A stretch of DNA of 64,000 bases, from IMG/VR virus record IMGVR_UViG_3300042864_001965; one strand, 5' to 3'. Source of the stretch: a virus. Below are positions 17,801 through 26,142 of this stretch, piece after piece. The notes beneath the pieces are model-generated. The model did no database searches. It saw nothing but the letters and a program-made list of their open reading frames with translations, and was not told the DNA's origin. The stretch's first letter is position 1. The number at the start of each line of letters is the position of its first letter. The position numbers were made by a program, and so were the translations under genes.

Positions 17801-20800
17801 GAGTAATAGCTAGTAAAGCTCTGTCTTGCTGTTGAGAATTAGCACCTCTAGTAGCCAATCCTAATGTTATTCCTTCAAAAATTTTATCTTTTTGAAACTC
17901 TAGTGAAGTGTTTATTACAGCAGCACTAAACTGCTGATAGTTTTTGGCAGAAGACAAAAAAGATGTTCCAAGTTTATCTGCTTGTACTTTTAGCCTAGAT
18001 AAAGCAGACTCAGCGTCGTCTGTGGTTAAAGATAAAGCCATTTCTAACCGCTCTGCTTCAATTGCTGTTTGAAAAGCTTCTTTTCCAAATTTATTTAATA
18101 AACCAATAGTTGATTCAAGGACGTTAAAACCAACTATACCTAATATTGCGTTTCTTATTAGTCCAGCAACTTTCTTAATTGGTTCTGGTAATTTATCAAG
18201 TGATCTTTCAACTTTATCAGCAATGGTGCTAAGTTGCTCTAGCTTACTTTTACTTTTAAAATCATCAATTTTATCAAGAATCCCTCCAATATTAAAAACT
18301 TTTCTCCCTACCTGTTTAATATTTGTTTTTATTGTTTCACGGTTTAGGGGTTGCATTTGTTTAGCAGATTCTTCCATCTCCCATTGTCTAAACTTTACTT
18401 CATTTCTTACATTACTAGGAAGTGCATTAAAAATTCTTTTCCCTGCTTTTTGGACATTAGTTTTTAAGGATTCACGGTCTAAAGATTTTACTTTCCCGAC
18501 AAAATCTTTTATCTCTATCTCCTTAAATTTTAATTCAGTTGTTATTCCATCTAGTCCTAGTATTAAACCTCTTTTGATGTCACGACCAATTCGCATCATA
18601 ACTTTTGATGGAGATTGAATCTCAAGTGTATCTCTAATTGTTTTCGGTAAGGTTAAAGCAATTTCCCGCATTTCTGCATCTAAATCACCAGACTCGCTTT
18701 TAATTCCTATTTTTATCCCTTCTATAATGTCAGAGCCAAGTCCTTTAGTCTTATTTTTATTTGCTAAAACAGGATTTAAGCTTAAGATTAGTTTCTCTAA
18801 ATTAGCCTCTATTAACTCTTTATTCCCACCAGAAGCTATTGATTTTGCCGATTGTTCTATAGCCTTTGCGAATAGAGTTTTAAAGCCTACTGTAGTAGTA
18901 TTGACACCAGTTTTCTGAATTTGTTGAATTAGTCCTGATTTAATAGGAGATAATTCTTTTATACCAATTGTTTCTTGAGCAGTCTGAACTTTTTTTCCTG
19001 TACTACTTAAGTATCCTTTTGCAGACTGAACAGAAGCACCGACTCCCCCAGAAGCTATAGAAGTGGGCTGTCCAGCTTCTTTGAGTAATTTTAGTATGTC
19101 TTCTAAATCAGAAGAGGCTTGTTCTTTGGCAATTAATATTTCATTAGCTACTTTTTTTGCTTGGTCTAATTCACCAGAATCTATTAATGTTTTTAATTTT
19201 TGATAACGATCACTAAACCATTTTCTAATTGCGTCAGTTTGAGCCTGTGCTTTAACAATATCAGCAGATGCAGGATTACTTTGAATTAAAGACTTTAAGT
19301 CTTTTGTCTGTTTAGACAGTGACACAAGTTCTTTTTCTTTAACACCTATATTGCTACTAACTTTATTGTCGGTTGTTATATTTTTAGACGGGTTATTTTT
19401 TGAACTAATACTAGGAATCTCAAACGATTTCTCTTCAGTGCCTAATTTAATGTTAGGAATATTGGTTGCTACTATACTATCAACTTTTAAATGTTCTAAA
19501 GGTTTTGTAGCTTCTTTGACTTCTTTTAGCTGTGTTTCAATAGCTACTAATTCTCTTTGCTTTAATTGCAAAGATGACATATCAAATAGTTCTAATTGAT
19601 CAGGAATATCTTCAATATTTTCCTGTAATTTATCAACTTCTTTATTCAATATCTTGATAATTTCTGCGTTTTCAAGGTAGTCAGAAGAAGAATGTGACGC
19701 AATATCGGAAATAACTTGACTTTGCTTGGATACATCTGATGTCCCCATAGTTTGTTCTGCTAGTCTAATAGGGTCATTCTCTCCTATATAACGAGAAAAA
19801 TTATCCATTTGAGTAGTCCCGACCATTGACGGGGTAGCAATAGCTACCCCTTTTATATTTTCAATACCAGCTTGGTTTGCCAATCTAGTCGCACCTTCAG
19901 AAACAAAACCCCCAGCAGAATAACCAAGTAAATCAATTTGAGCATTAGGATTTAATTCTCTAGCCTTGATAACTGCAGCAAGCATTGAAACTGAATCTTC
20001 GTTAGTCCCTGACAATCCTTGCCCCACTGTTTGAGCGGCTGCTTCACCAGCCCATTTCAAGGGATTATCTTTAATGGATGTACTTAAATCAGTTGCTTTA
20101 TTAGCAATAGGGATAACTAAAACCCCATCTTCTAGTTTTGGTTGAAGATTTTCAGCAATTTCTTTGCTTCCTTCTCCCTGTTTACCAGCAAAACCCCCAG
20201 AAACAAAAACTATTTTTTTTGCTTCACTTACAGCTTTTTCGTCTAGTTGGACTGTTGCTGATTGTTTTCTAGCTTTTGCGATAGACTCACCTGATTTTAG
20301 TTCTTTTCTTGCATTAGCAAAAGTATCGATAGGAGACATTGCAACTTGTCTCATTGAATCAGATACTTTTAACAATTGTTTTGCTAACTCTTGTGCTTTA
20401 CTAGGGTCTTGAGTATTATAAAATTCAATGGCTAACTTTTTTAATTCTGCCATTTCTTCTTTTGTTCTTTTAGTTGCGTCTGCTATAGCCTCAGAACCTT
20501 TTTGTGCCGATTCAGTTTCTAAATGCTCGTTTAATACTGTTTTGCCTTTTCTAACTGTTTTCCCAGCAAGCTTACCGAGATCGGATCCACCAGTTTCGTA
20601 CAAGTTTGTTCCTGCTTCTTTGTCAAAAGCTTTAATATTATTCCTGGTAAATATATCCGCGTAAGTGTAAGCCGCGCCTTCTGAATAGCTCTTTAAAAAG
20701 TTGGCAGGCATTGACATTACTGCACTGACAAAATTCTTTCTAGTTTCAACAACTTTTAGTATTGCTGGTAATACTGCTGACAAAATTTTGGTCAATGATC

Positions 20801-21518
20801 CTGACAAAATTTGCGACAATAACTCCACGGCTACCATTGCACTAAACCCACCACCTCGAATATTGGGTCTTTGAGATATATTTTGCTGCTCTGGTGCAAC
20901 AGGTCTTTGAGATATATTTTGCTGTTCTGTTGTAACAGGTATTGTCTTGATTTGAGTTTGTTTGTGCTGTTGATCAAGTTTTGTTAGATTTTGATTACTT
21001 GTTGTTATTGATACGTTTTGATTGGCTTTTTTTCTTGTTTTTTCTTGTGCAATATTTGTTTTTTCGTGGTCTTTTTGAAGTTTTGTAAGATTTTGACTGT
21101 CTGTTGTTGGCTTAATAGTAGTTTCTTTAGAAGACTCAATAACTTGATTTTGTAAAGCAAGAGTTTCTTCTAATTGTTTTTGAAGTGCCAATAATTCTGT
21201 GTCATCAACTTGAACTTTAATGACTTTCTTATTAAATTCATCGATGCGCTTTTCTGTAACAGTTAAATACTCGTTTAATGCTTCTAATGCAACGTGATTG
21301 ACTTTAGGAGCAATAATCTTTTTATTAAGTTTATCATAATGATTCTCTTTAACCGTTAGATGCTGGTTCAAGGCATCTAACGGACGGTGATCGACCTTGG
21401 GAGTAATAACTTTTTGCTCTAAGGAAGAAAGCTGGTCTTTAGCCGATTTGATACCGGCATCATACTGAGATGTATTTAGCCCTAGACCGATTTCTAAAGT
21501 ACCAAGTGATAAAGACAT
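11778..21518 (-). CDS. tape measure protein (~3246 aa) with embedded hydrolase domains
   Basis: Giant coiled-coil-rich ORF downstream of the frameshifted chaperones. The likely start is MSLSLGTLEIG at 21518 (GGAGAAAAGCTAATG, a TAATG overlap with the chaperone stop). Embedded motifs: GYSAGG (about 19.9 kb), AYAEGT...SGRYQI lambda-R/GH104-like (about 14.8-15.0 kb), and STIK/SDN/KIG serine beta-lactamase/PBP-like (about 13.8-14.3 kb). Confidence 0.85.
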   Translation of the reverse strand: MSLSLGTLEIGLGLNTSQYDAGIKSAKDQLSSLEQKVITPKVDHRPLDALNQHLTVKENHYDKLNKKIIAPKVNHVALEALNEYLTVTEKRIDEFNKKVIKVQVDDTELLALQKQLEETLALQNQVIESSKETTIKPTTDSQNLTKLQKDHEKTNIAQEKTRKKANQNVSITTSNQNLTKLDQQHKQTQIKTIPVTTEQQNISQRPVAPEQQNISQRPNIRGGGFSAMVAVELLSQILSGSLTKILSAVLPAILKVVETRKNFVSAVMSMPANFLKSYSEGAAYTYADIFTRNNIKAFDKEAGTNLYETGGSDLGKLAGKTVRKGKTVLNEHLETESAQKGSEAIADATKRTKEEMAELKKLAIEFYNTQDPSKAQELAKQLLKVSDSMRQVAMSPIDTFANARKELKSGESIAKARKQSATVQLDEKAVSEAKKIVFVSGGFAGKQGEGSKEIAENLQPKLEDGVLVIPIANKATDLSTSIKDNPLKWAGEAAAQTVGQGLSGTNEDSVSMLAAVIKARELNPNAQIDLLGYSAGGFVSEGATRLANQAGIENIKGVAIATPSMVGTTQMDNFSRYIGENDPIRLAEQTMGTSDVSKQSQVISDIASHSSSDYLENAEIIKILNKEVDKLQENIEDIPDQLELFDMSSLQLKQRELVAIETQLKEVKEATKPLEHLKVDSIVATNIPNIKLGTEEKSFEIPSISSKNNPSKNITTDNKVSSNIGVKEKELVSLSKQTKDLKSLIQSNPASADIVKAQAQTDAIRKWFSDRYQKLKTLIDSGELDQAKKVANEILIAKEQASSDLEDILKLLKEAGQPTSIASGGVGASVQSAKGYLSSTGKKVQTAQETIGIKELSPIKSGLIQQIQKTGVNTTTVGFKTLFAKAIEQSAKSIASGGNKELIEANLEKLILSLNPVLANKNKTKGLGSDIIEGIKIGIKSESGDLDAEMREIALTLPKTIRDTLEIQSPSKVMMRIGRDIKRGLILGLDGITTELKFKEIEIKDFVGKVKSLDRESLKTNVQKAGKRIFNALPSNVRNEVKFRQWEMEESAKQMQPLNRETIKTNIKQVGRKVFNIGGILDKIDDFKSKSKLEQLSTIADKVERSLDKLPEPIKKVAGLIRNAILGIVGFNVLESTIGLLNKFGKEAFQTAIEAERLEMALSLTTDDAESALSRLKVQADKLGTSFLSSAKNYQQFSAAVINTSLEFQKDKIFEGITLGLATRGANSQQQDRALLAITQIASKGRVSMEELNSQLGEAMPGALQIASRAYGVTSQEFIKLIESGSVASDEFLSKFATQTTLESAGGINVINDTAFAQVAKLENQLNLLRIEMGKPLLEVAKLGIPTVINGLRTLEDHGDKIVATFVSMGIVVSGVFVQMLHRLGLLKLGLKALGVTAASTKASIAQIGIGFVKGLGWTALVFGVMEAFKGLYQYINAGSEESKRSLKSTQESLQELRRLLEKPLPIPKASTVITDSATAIQQFKNNRERDKSLEFAAGGLSDTTQILKLSTDTFSDTKITEFTGKLDTLRQKTKDLKIDEIIASGDADVKKATSVRQEIAKVNQEIQALTEKYFPQIGLIVNEIASTEERITAIKKVLDDPESSNSQKDNASIQLEITEVQLRKLKESQEKYNEAVKENLVNYQRLTEQINKVARALSNIEFVSSGRTILSETDIKRQVLSGNLKPFEIDLTVREQSLSIVKDQFNSLNGLLATKEKELQNTLTDQINQRITELMPELNGIDFRTALQQGSVSPEAIGDRLQQLGDQAPFELNQVLETAKQQASIRRQTLTIDKSIVDTELEIANARRERARNARQASIVGDNVNERIATLRQLPFGGTAASYRDALSEVRNQERLLGEAYRRLESASDDPNVIQQEVDNTRLALEQARANLLQQQTSLQDYYRNLGRQIIDFNRQIEDYRRQIEDAQLSAFRGNRSLSESYTDLVRELDKNLLNAQNQLLDATDRIRVQQVKNRLLIPGTSDAGKELGDIFLEFVQGQADLASRGRTFQSRTEEIETSYISTLRNIRNLQEQQQDAERSRLRTIEDIKRTQENLNRTLADLIRQTNKELGFIPQSIKDIVTNLNTLPEPIKLINSELVAIPPNIKTSGEDLIKSIEETAEGIRKAKEGLILPAPSNFTPAPVWNGGGFLPPPPPQSSSISKGLTPRGQELSQHLNNPRVKAFLDVIAYAEGTAKMPNQGYNTLFGHGQFSSFADHPRQRIPFGSTSSSASGRYQIMDFTWNEEKAKLGLKDFSPVSQDLVALSRILMRGGLDELLKGDIRGAINATRKEWASFPGANYPGQGMKRMEDLLKVYDQSLRKYQPNAPRTQSELDALRYDGNPANSGASNRIRQIRRNQGGLPTPSTSTPNPSPSVQQQITNRLPKNIQSVLVQEVGGKTVYSKNAQTPPASPASTIKVIIADLIAKEITSGKLSLKDAIAIKLPLVDPHGQLKANQVKTVEQLVQLMLEKSDNTATNVLIDRLGGLTKATELARKEGYKNTTISRYLNIPGSGTPNISTAQDVTSAMQSLIKNQNPASQLAEQSLRQTRNFKYNNEIGGKIGNNSKVIGNVGLVNINGKEYIVTAYANINGNQLNNRKIITNATNAISQSIKDSTPNPSPARVLTKEETKEGKGGPEFSSPPPIAQLPTLPNQNQDNFWDADLPPVLKDNPINFQSPNLPPVPNLPTGNLGAAADQNRKAEIANQNAEEFLRQLEEQQNLNNALDRSMKFRRQQEEDARALERTLRDASENVADLTINSKGYLTVQEEINKSATEVSRQYRSQIESLEDQRRTLLLNAEAQQKYSDAIKEILGEFQRKGIALPPEFLKEMTDSIDALAKRAELAKEQVAILDQAIEQLGKNQGVASLEASFRKTRDTVRSIRDRLNDLTVQRMKLENQSRPTLFDDSAILAERISLQKEKEELEDYLEPYKDLPQYADFVANIRSEWEKLAELRLERVALDASPNRGAAESFFSDIREGKGIGSAFSSLGLNIATKFVEGITRPAIDALTSAIDGFTKPITQAFESVFNAIIGPVGNFFTNALSSIFKPVGNIFSSIFGGGGGGGLFNGLLSGITGIFSGGLGGLGSIGLLGSIGASSFASAPASAFSLGTGFSLFSDGGKVGDANAPIEKNIISAFQRERAMSGGRKPRLIVANEDELVLNPKETEAYLEYRNNAPIKNYANGGFVGGKPNYSTTSNNNSSNQSLVINSTNNVTVESRNDMGYSLNQLKERENTQNERTKKRFFG

Positions 21519-22746
21519 TAGCTTTTCTCCCCTACTAATTGAATTATTTCGTCGTATAGTCCGCAATCGACTATTATCTGAGTGGCGAAGACTGGCACTT
21601 GGCCAGCTTGCATAGCTTCTAACAGAATTTGAGCGGTTTCTTGATCAAGAAAATATTTTTTATTTTCTTTAAACTGGTAAGGCAGAAAATCACCAGGATT
21701 AAGACTTTGTGACTTAGAACCTTCTTTAGATTGTGCTATTAGGTAGGCGTGAACCATGGCGGCAATTTGACTAACCGTAGCCGATAGTGAATTAATTTCT
21801 TCACATTTGACTTTTTGAATCCCTGAATATTTTTTCAGGATTAACCAGTCTGGCCAATCTTCCCACTCCTCGATGGGTAATCCCCAGGCACACCATTTGT
21901 AATAGATTTCTTCCCAATTAATGGGGTTAGCGATTGCCTCTAACCGTGCATTAATTGCGTCATCTATTCGTTTTTTTCGTCGTCCTCCGTTGGCTCTGAT
22001 TCTGGTTTTTCTTCCAGTTTTTCAGGTTCTGAGTTCTGCCACTGAGTTATGTCTTGCCAGAGATAGTCTTGATAGAGTTTTACTACCATAAATTGAGACA
22101 TATCATTAATGTCTTGTATGGTGAAATCAACAGAAGATTTGTCTTTAAGTTTAACTACCCGTCGAGGACTACCTAGAAATTTAGCTAACAAGGCTTTATT
22201 GTAAGTTTCATAGGTTGTTTCCCGATCCTTAAATAAAGCGTTTAATTCATCGAGATAAGGCTCTACAAGTTCTATAGATTCTCTTGTTAGTTCTCTTGTT
22301 TTTTTACGGTTGCTTAAAATTGATTGCTGCACGATAGCGGCGGTTTCTACTTTTTGTTCTACGCTGTCAGATTTTACCCCGTCAAGGGCATCAACCATGA
22401 CCTGTTCAATTCGTTCTCGGATCGAACCGTCGTTAACTACTACTCCTTCAATTTCAGCAGTGGATAGTCCCGTTTTTTGCCCGATAGCTTTAATTTTCTC
22501 AAGATAAGCTTTGTCAGCTTTTTCCCGTGCCTCTAAGTATTTCTTGACTGTTTCATTTTCCTTTGGATTAATCCCGTACCTTTTTAAAAACTTGATACCA
22601 ATCTCTTCATTTTCTTCTGTAACAATTGCGTCTATCTTTTCCAATAAAGCATCATTGTCTTGAATGTAAAAAATCCATTCTTTTTTTAAAGGGAAAAAGA
22701 ATGTTTCATTAAACTTCAATTTACCTAATACGCTTAACTTCGCCAT
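21518..22746 (-). CDS. tail assembly chaperone, long form made by -1 frameshift (GT-like)
   Basis: The zero frame stops at 21964. The -1 frame is open from the slippery site to 21518 (RIDDAINARLEAIANPINWEE...). Confidence 0.65.
21964..22746 (-). CDS. tail assembly chaperone, short form (G-like)
   Basis: 260-aa acidic ORF directly upstream of the tape measure gene. Confidence 0.65.
   Translation of the reverse strand: MAKLSVLGKLKFNETFFFPLKKEWIFYIQDNDALLEKIDAIVTEENEEIGIKFLKRYGINPKENETVKKYLEAREKADKAYLEKIKAIGQKTGLSTAEIEGVVVNDGSIRERIEQVMVDALDGVKSDSVEQKVETAAIVQQSILSNRKKTRELTRESIELVEPYLDELNALFKDRETTYETYNKALLAKFLGSPRRVVKLKDKSSVDFTIQDINDMSQFMVVKLYQDYLWQDITQWQNSEPEKLEEKPESEPTEDDEKNE
21970..21976 (-). 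promoter_or_regulatory. -1 programmed frameshift slippery heptamer A_AAA_AAC
   Basis: Zero-frame codons are GAC GAA AAA AAC GAA TAG. The X_XXY_YYZ pattern sits 2 codons before the stop. Confidence 0.65.
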
Positions 22747-23002
22747 TTATTTTTACCTTTTGATTTCTTTTTGCACTTTGTTCAGTATTGAGGCACAGAG
22801 GATCAAGGGTTACAGATACCTGTATTCTTTCTTGATTTTTTGTTCCGTCTGGTGGCTCGATTAATATCTTTTCTTGTTGACTTATTTCTCGATCAAACGT
22901 ACCGAAAGAAAACCAGAGGTAATTATTGATTATTCTAGAATTGACTAACATTACCTCTTGGTCTTCATCAACAAGGAGTTTAACTATTTTAATTGAGGTC
23001 AT
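22721..23002 (-). CDS. hypothetical tail-module protein (93 aa)
   Basis: ORF overlapping both neighbours in the tail block. Confidence 0.4.
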   Translation of the reverse strand: MTSIKIVKLLVDEDQEVMLVNSRIINNYLWFSFGTFDREISQQEKILIEPPDGTKNQERIQVSVTLDPLCLNTEQSAKRNQKVKINGEVKRIR

Positions 23003-23729
23003 CAGCTACATTAGGAGAGAATGGCGACGTTGCCATCGGTTTAATGTCAAACACATTGCCACTAATAGTTAGAGTTACGTTTCCTTGTAGGAAATTGCCT
23101 TTTTCACCACTAACATTTTGGCTAACATTTGTCTGAAAACCTAAGCCGCCGCGCTGTCCCATATAGACAATTTCGAGGTAAATTCGCTCACCTTTTTGCT
23201 CTGCGGCCTTTACGATTTCATATCCAGGATCACCAAATACAAGCGGACCCGATACCGACCCAGTACTCATGATCTCAGAGATAAATTTCTCCACCGCCAT
23301 TTCACCAAAGACAGAATCAGTAACCTCAGTAGAGGAGGTGTCAACGTTAAAGGTCTTGGCGCTCAAAAAAGGAACCCAAGATTTAATTGTGCATTTTTGA
23401 GCGGGAGTAGCAAGGGTAGCAGCAATTTTGGAAGGTTCGATCTGGATTGCTGTCTGGGTTGCTGTCGTCGTTTTTGTTCGGACGACCACATAATCACCGG
23501 CAGTCCCCACATAAATTAAAGTGCCAGCATATAAAATTCGGCCAAAACCCCCAGTCGCCACGGTAAGAGTGGAATCACCTAAGACGATTGCACCACCTAA
23601 ATCGGCTACTCGTGTGGAAGGTTCTTGTCCAAATCCGTAAGCACCAGAAATAAAAAATTGCGTATCACGGCTAGGGGTGAGGTTGTCACTCCGATTTAAT
23701 TCTAGAATTTGATTCGACATTCTAATCAC
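22989..23729 (-). CDS. putative major tail protein
   Basis: 246-aa ORF upstream of the chaperone pair; call rests on position only. Confidence 0.4.
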   Translation of the reverse strand: MIRMSNQILELNRSDNLTPSRDTQFFISGAYGFGQEPSTRVADLGGAIVLGDSTLTVATGGFGRILYAGTLIYVGTAGDYVVVRTKTTTATQTAIQIEPSKIAATLATPAQKCTIKSWVPFLSAKTFNVDTSSTEVTDSVFGEMAVEKFISEIMSTGSVSGPLVFGDPGYEIVKAAEQKGERIYLEIVYMGQRGGLGFQTNVSQNVSGEKGNFLQGNVTLTISGNVFDIKPMATSPFSPNVADDLN

Positions 23730-23782
23730 TGACTAAACTTTTCTAGTTATATTGTACTATAAAAGATTAGTAAATGTGTACT

Positions 23783-24232
23783 CTAGAAGTCTAAAAGCCT
23801 AGCAGTAGTGATTTTAAAGGTCGCTTTTGGTCTGATAATCCCCTCAGAAGTTTTGGTATAGGGGGTTAGGCGAGGCTGATCTAGAAAATTCCAGTAGCGA
23901 GAAGATTTAAGTGTTTCAATCACTGGTGTTAGGCTTTTCTCTAGATTGTACTGTTTTAGGGTAATGCAATAGTTATTTATACCTACGGTATATCCTAGTA
24001 AATTTTCGTGATAAGGATTAGGCTCTCTTTGAATAATTGCTTCGATGCCGCTATTAGGTTTTACTTTATAGTTAGGGGGTAATTCAGGAGGCTCTACCCA
24101 AATAGCATCAATTTCTTTTAAATTTTGCCCTGTAGGGCTTGTTATTTCGTATTTACCTAAGTCAGTACCGATAAGTATCTTTAAATTGTTTCTAATACCT
24201 AATAAAATATTTCTTAATTCTGATTCACTCAT
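23783..24232 (-). CDS. hypothetical head-tail or tail-completion protein
   Basis: Position between the gp10-like gene and the major tail gene. Confidence 0.35.
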   Translation of the reverse strand: MSESELRNILLGIRNNLKILIGTDLGKYEITSPTGQNLKEIDAIWVEPPELPPNYKVKPNSGIEAIIQREPNPYHENLLGYTVGINNYCITLKQYNLEKSLTPVIETLKSSRYWNFLDQPRLTPYTKTSEGIIRPKATFKITTARLLDF

Positions 24233-24623
24233 TTAATTTTTCCTTTAAGATTTCACTATAAGCCTCAATTGGATTATAGTCTTCTATAGCCGTGTCGATA
24301 AATGGGCGGGCGGGAACATCTGTCACCGTCCCATCGTTACGCTCTATTTGATACCCTTCATGGACAAGAGCGGCATGATCAGCCGTGTAACCGATTACTT
24401 TATAGACATCGGATACATCTTCAATAAATTGGCTATTTTTTAGCTCACCTGTATCCACAATGTCCCGGGGTGAGCCAACTACACTGCCATTTTTTCGTAC
24501 GGTTTCCCGTGGCCAGTTCCATTTACTATCTTCTACCTGAAAATTAATTTCTTGGGCAAACTCGGACACCATTTCCCCAAAAGCTTCAGTAGCTAAGTCT
24601 TTTCCTAGATTCCAGTTAATCAT
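24225..24623 (-). CDS. HK97 gp10-like head-tail joining protein
   Basis: HAALVHEGY...VPARPFID matches the gp10-family signature. Confidence 0.55.
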   Translation of the reverse strand: MINWNLGKDLATEAFGEMVSEFAQEINFQVEDSKWNWPRETVRKNGSVVGSPRDIVDTGELKNSQFIEDVSDVYKVIGYTADHAALVHEGYQIERNDGTVTDVPARPFIDTAIEDYNPIEAYSEILKEKLNE

Positions 24624-24680
24624 TAAAAAATAGCTGTAAGTTATCCTTACAGCTATTATAACAATTTATTTTTATTGGTT

Positions 24681-25175
24681 TTAGGGAGTGATTTTTGATT
24701 TGCGTAACCAATGCGCTAATGCCGAATAATCAATTTCTATGTACTCAAAAACCATGTTAAACGTTACTTTTCTTTCAGATGCTAACACTTTTACCTCTTC
24801 TGGAGTTAATTTATAGCACCTTGCAAAGTTATTTAAGAAGTATGGGTTAATCTCTATTAGTTGATTTATATCGTCTAAAGATAAATACCCTTTTCTTTTT
24901 ATTTCTGAAAGGATACGCTTCATGTCCATAAGTACGCCTCCATTATCAGAATACCGCTTATGGCAAATCCAATCAGTAAACCGTTCAAAAAGAATTTTTG
25001 AATGTTTCCACCAATCGATTTCTGTTGTGTCTACGAATGAACACTGTCTATGAGGCATACGCTTAAAATCAGGCGACGCAGGATGCTGATGTAAATACTT
25101 AAATCCTTGTTCAAAAGCTTCCTCTTGTGTCTCGTGATAAGACACTAATTTATCATTCCAGTAAAATCTAATCAT
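24681..25175 (-). CDS. hypothetical protein (164 aa)
   Basis: Intact ORF. Confidence 0.4.
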   Translation of the reverse strand: MIRFYWNDKLVSYHETQEEAFEQGFKYLHQHPASPDFKRMPHRQCSFVDTTEIDWWKHSKILFERFTDWICHKRYSDNGGVLMDMKRILSEIKRKGYLSLDDINQLIEINPYFLNNFARCYKLTPEEVKVLASERKVTFNMVFEYIEIDYSALAHWLRKSKITP

Positions 25176-25179
25176 TACA

Positions 25180-25452
25180 CTAAAACTCTAATTGAATATA
25201 GCTCACGACGGCATCGTGAACAAACCTTAAGTCTGTAGCTATAGTTGTTTGATCGCCATAGTCTTTATCATTATTTTGCAAAATAACGATAAACTTATTT
25301 AATCGACAAAGATAACGTACTCCTATCTGGGAATTTTTTATTTTTGCTCGATATTCGCCATTATTGTCAGAAGATTGATTTTGCTCAAATTCCCAAAGAT
25401 AATAGGGAATATTTTCTTTGATTGTAGATTGAAACTCTTGAAATGATAGCAT
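25180..25452 (-). CDS. hypothetical protein (90 aa; start trimmed to MLSFQEF)
   Basis: The internal ATG at 25452 has a GGGAG Shine-Dalgarno. Confidence 0.4.
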   Translation of the reverse strand: MLSFQEFQSTIKENIPYYLWEFEQNQSSDNNGEYRAKIKNSQIGVRYLCRLNKFIVILQNNDKDYGDQTTIATDLRFVHDAVVSYIQLEF

Positions 25453-25647
25453 AATTACTCCCGTTGATTCACTCTTTGTCGTATATAATAGCCCCAGCAG
25501 TAAAAGTCTGGTTTTTAGGATTGCCATTTTTATCTTCTTCTGCAAAGTTTAAGTGAAACATAATTACCTTTGTTGATTTGTGGTTAATAACCGATAACTG
25601 ATAAACTAATTTAATAACTCATTTCTATAGGGCATAACTGAATTTTA

Positions 25648-25833
25648 TCAGCTAAAATAGTCAATAACTATGTTAGGCTTTGGTAGTGTCGTCCAGTCAA
25701 CAATTTTACTGAGTTTAACGATTAAAATTGAGCGGTTCCATCGTTGCTTTGGAAGTCCATACTTAGATGCCAATTTTCTTAATTCGGACATTTTTAGAAA
25801 ATTTAGTCGATAACTTGCTATATTTTGTAGCAT
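25648..25833 (-). CDS. hypothetical protein with SAP-like motif (61 aa)
   Basis: MSELRKLASKYGLPK; TAGGAG Shine-Dalgarno. Confidence 0.4.
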   Translation of the reverse strand: MLQNIASYRLNFLKMSELRKLASKYGLPKQRWNRSILIVKLSKIVDWTTLPKPNIVIDYFS

Positions 25834-25854
25834 ATTTTTACTCCTATTAATTTG

Positions 25855-25880
25855 CTGATAACTGATAACTGATAACTGAT
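25855..25880. repeat. heptamer tandem repeat (CTGATAA)n, = (CAGTTAT)n on the gene strand
   Basis: CTGATAACTGATAACTGATAACTGAT read directly. It sits between a stop codon and the next Shine-Dalgarno. Confidence 0.9.
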
Positions 25881-26023
25881 TACAGCATCGGATATTTGTC
25901 TAGCACTGTTTGTGCTTTCTGATTTAAAGATTGAGTTATTTGCTCAATCTCTTCGTAGAAAATTTGAGCCTTTTTAATTTCAGGAATTTGTGTTGTTTCG
26001 ATTGGTTGTTTATCGTTAGACAT
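25880..26023 (-). CDS. hypothetical small protein (47 aa)
   Basis: Not in the ORF track. MSNDKQPIETTQIPEIKKAQIFYEEIEQITQSLNQKAQTVLDKYPML is the first ORF after the promoter at 26058..26100. Confidence 0.4.
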   Translation of the reverse strand: MSNDKQPIETTQIPEIKKAQIFYEEIEQITQSLNQKAQTVLDKYPML

Positions 26024-26057
26024 GACTTAGTACCTCGTGTGTTTTGTTTACATTTCT

Positions 26058-26100
26058 ATAGTAGATCATTCTCCCAATAAAGTCAAGTATGTGGGAGAAT
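26058..26100 (-). promoter_or_regulatory. promoter-operator copy 1: TTGACT-17-TACTAT with ATTCTCCCA-N15-TGGGAGAAT palindrome centred on the -35
   Basis: Read on the minus strand: AATTCTCCCAcatacTTGACTttatTGGGAGAATgatcTACTAT. Confidence 0.6.
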
Positions 26101-26142
26101 TATTTTTGAGCAGATGTACTACTGATAACTGATAACTAGAAA

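Noticed and set aside
12118-20664. Many plus-strand ORFs of 60-131 aa inside the tape measure gene
   Set aside because: They are antisense to a continuous 3,246-codon ORF and give low-complexity translations. These are typical shadow ORFs. The same reasoning rejects 546..791, 1020..1319, 9111..9299, 22310..22507, 23196..23519, 26154..26390, 26156..26371, 31856..32080, 42078..42308, 46088..46620, 47314..47538, 47954..48304, 50797..51039, 52071..52325, 59313..59534, 60341..60568, 61571..61774, 63353..63550 and 63664..63927.
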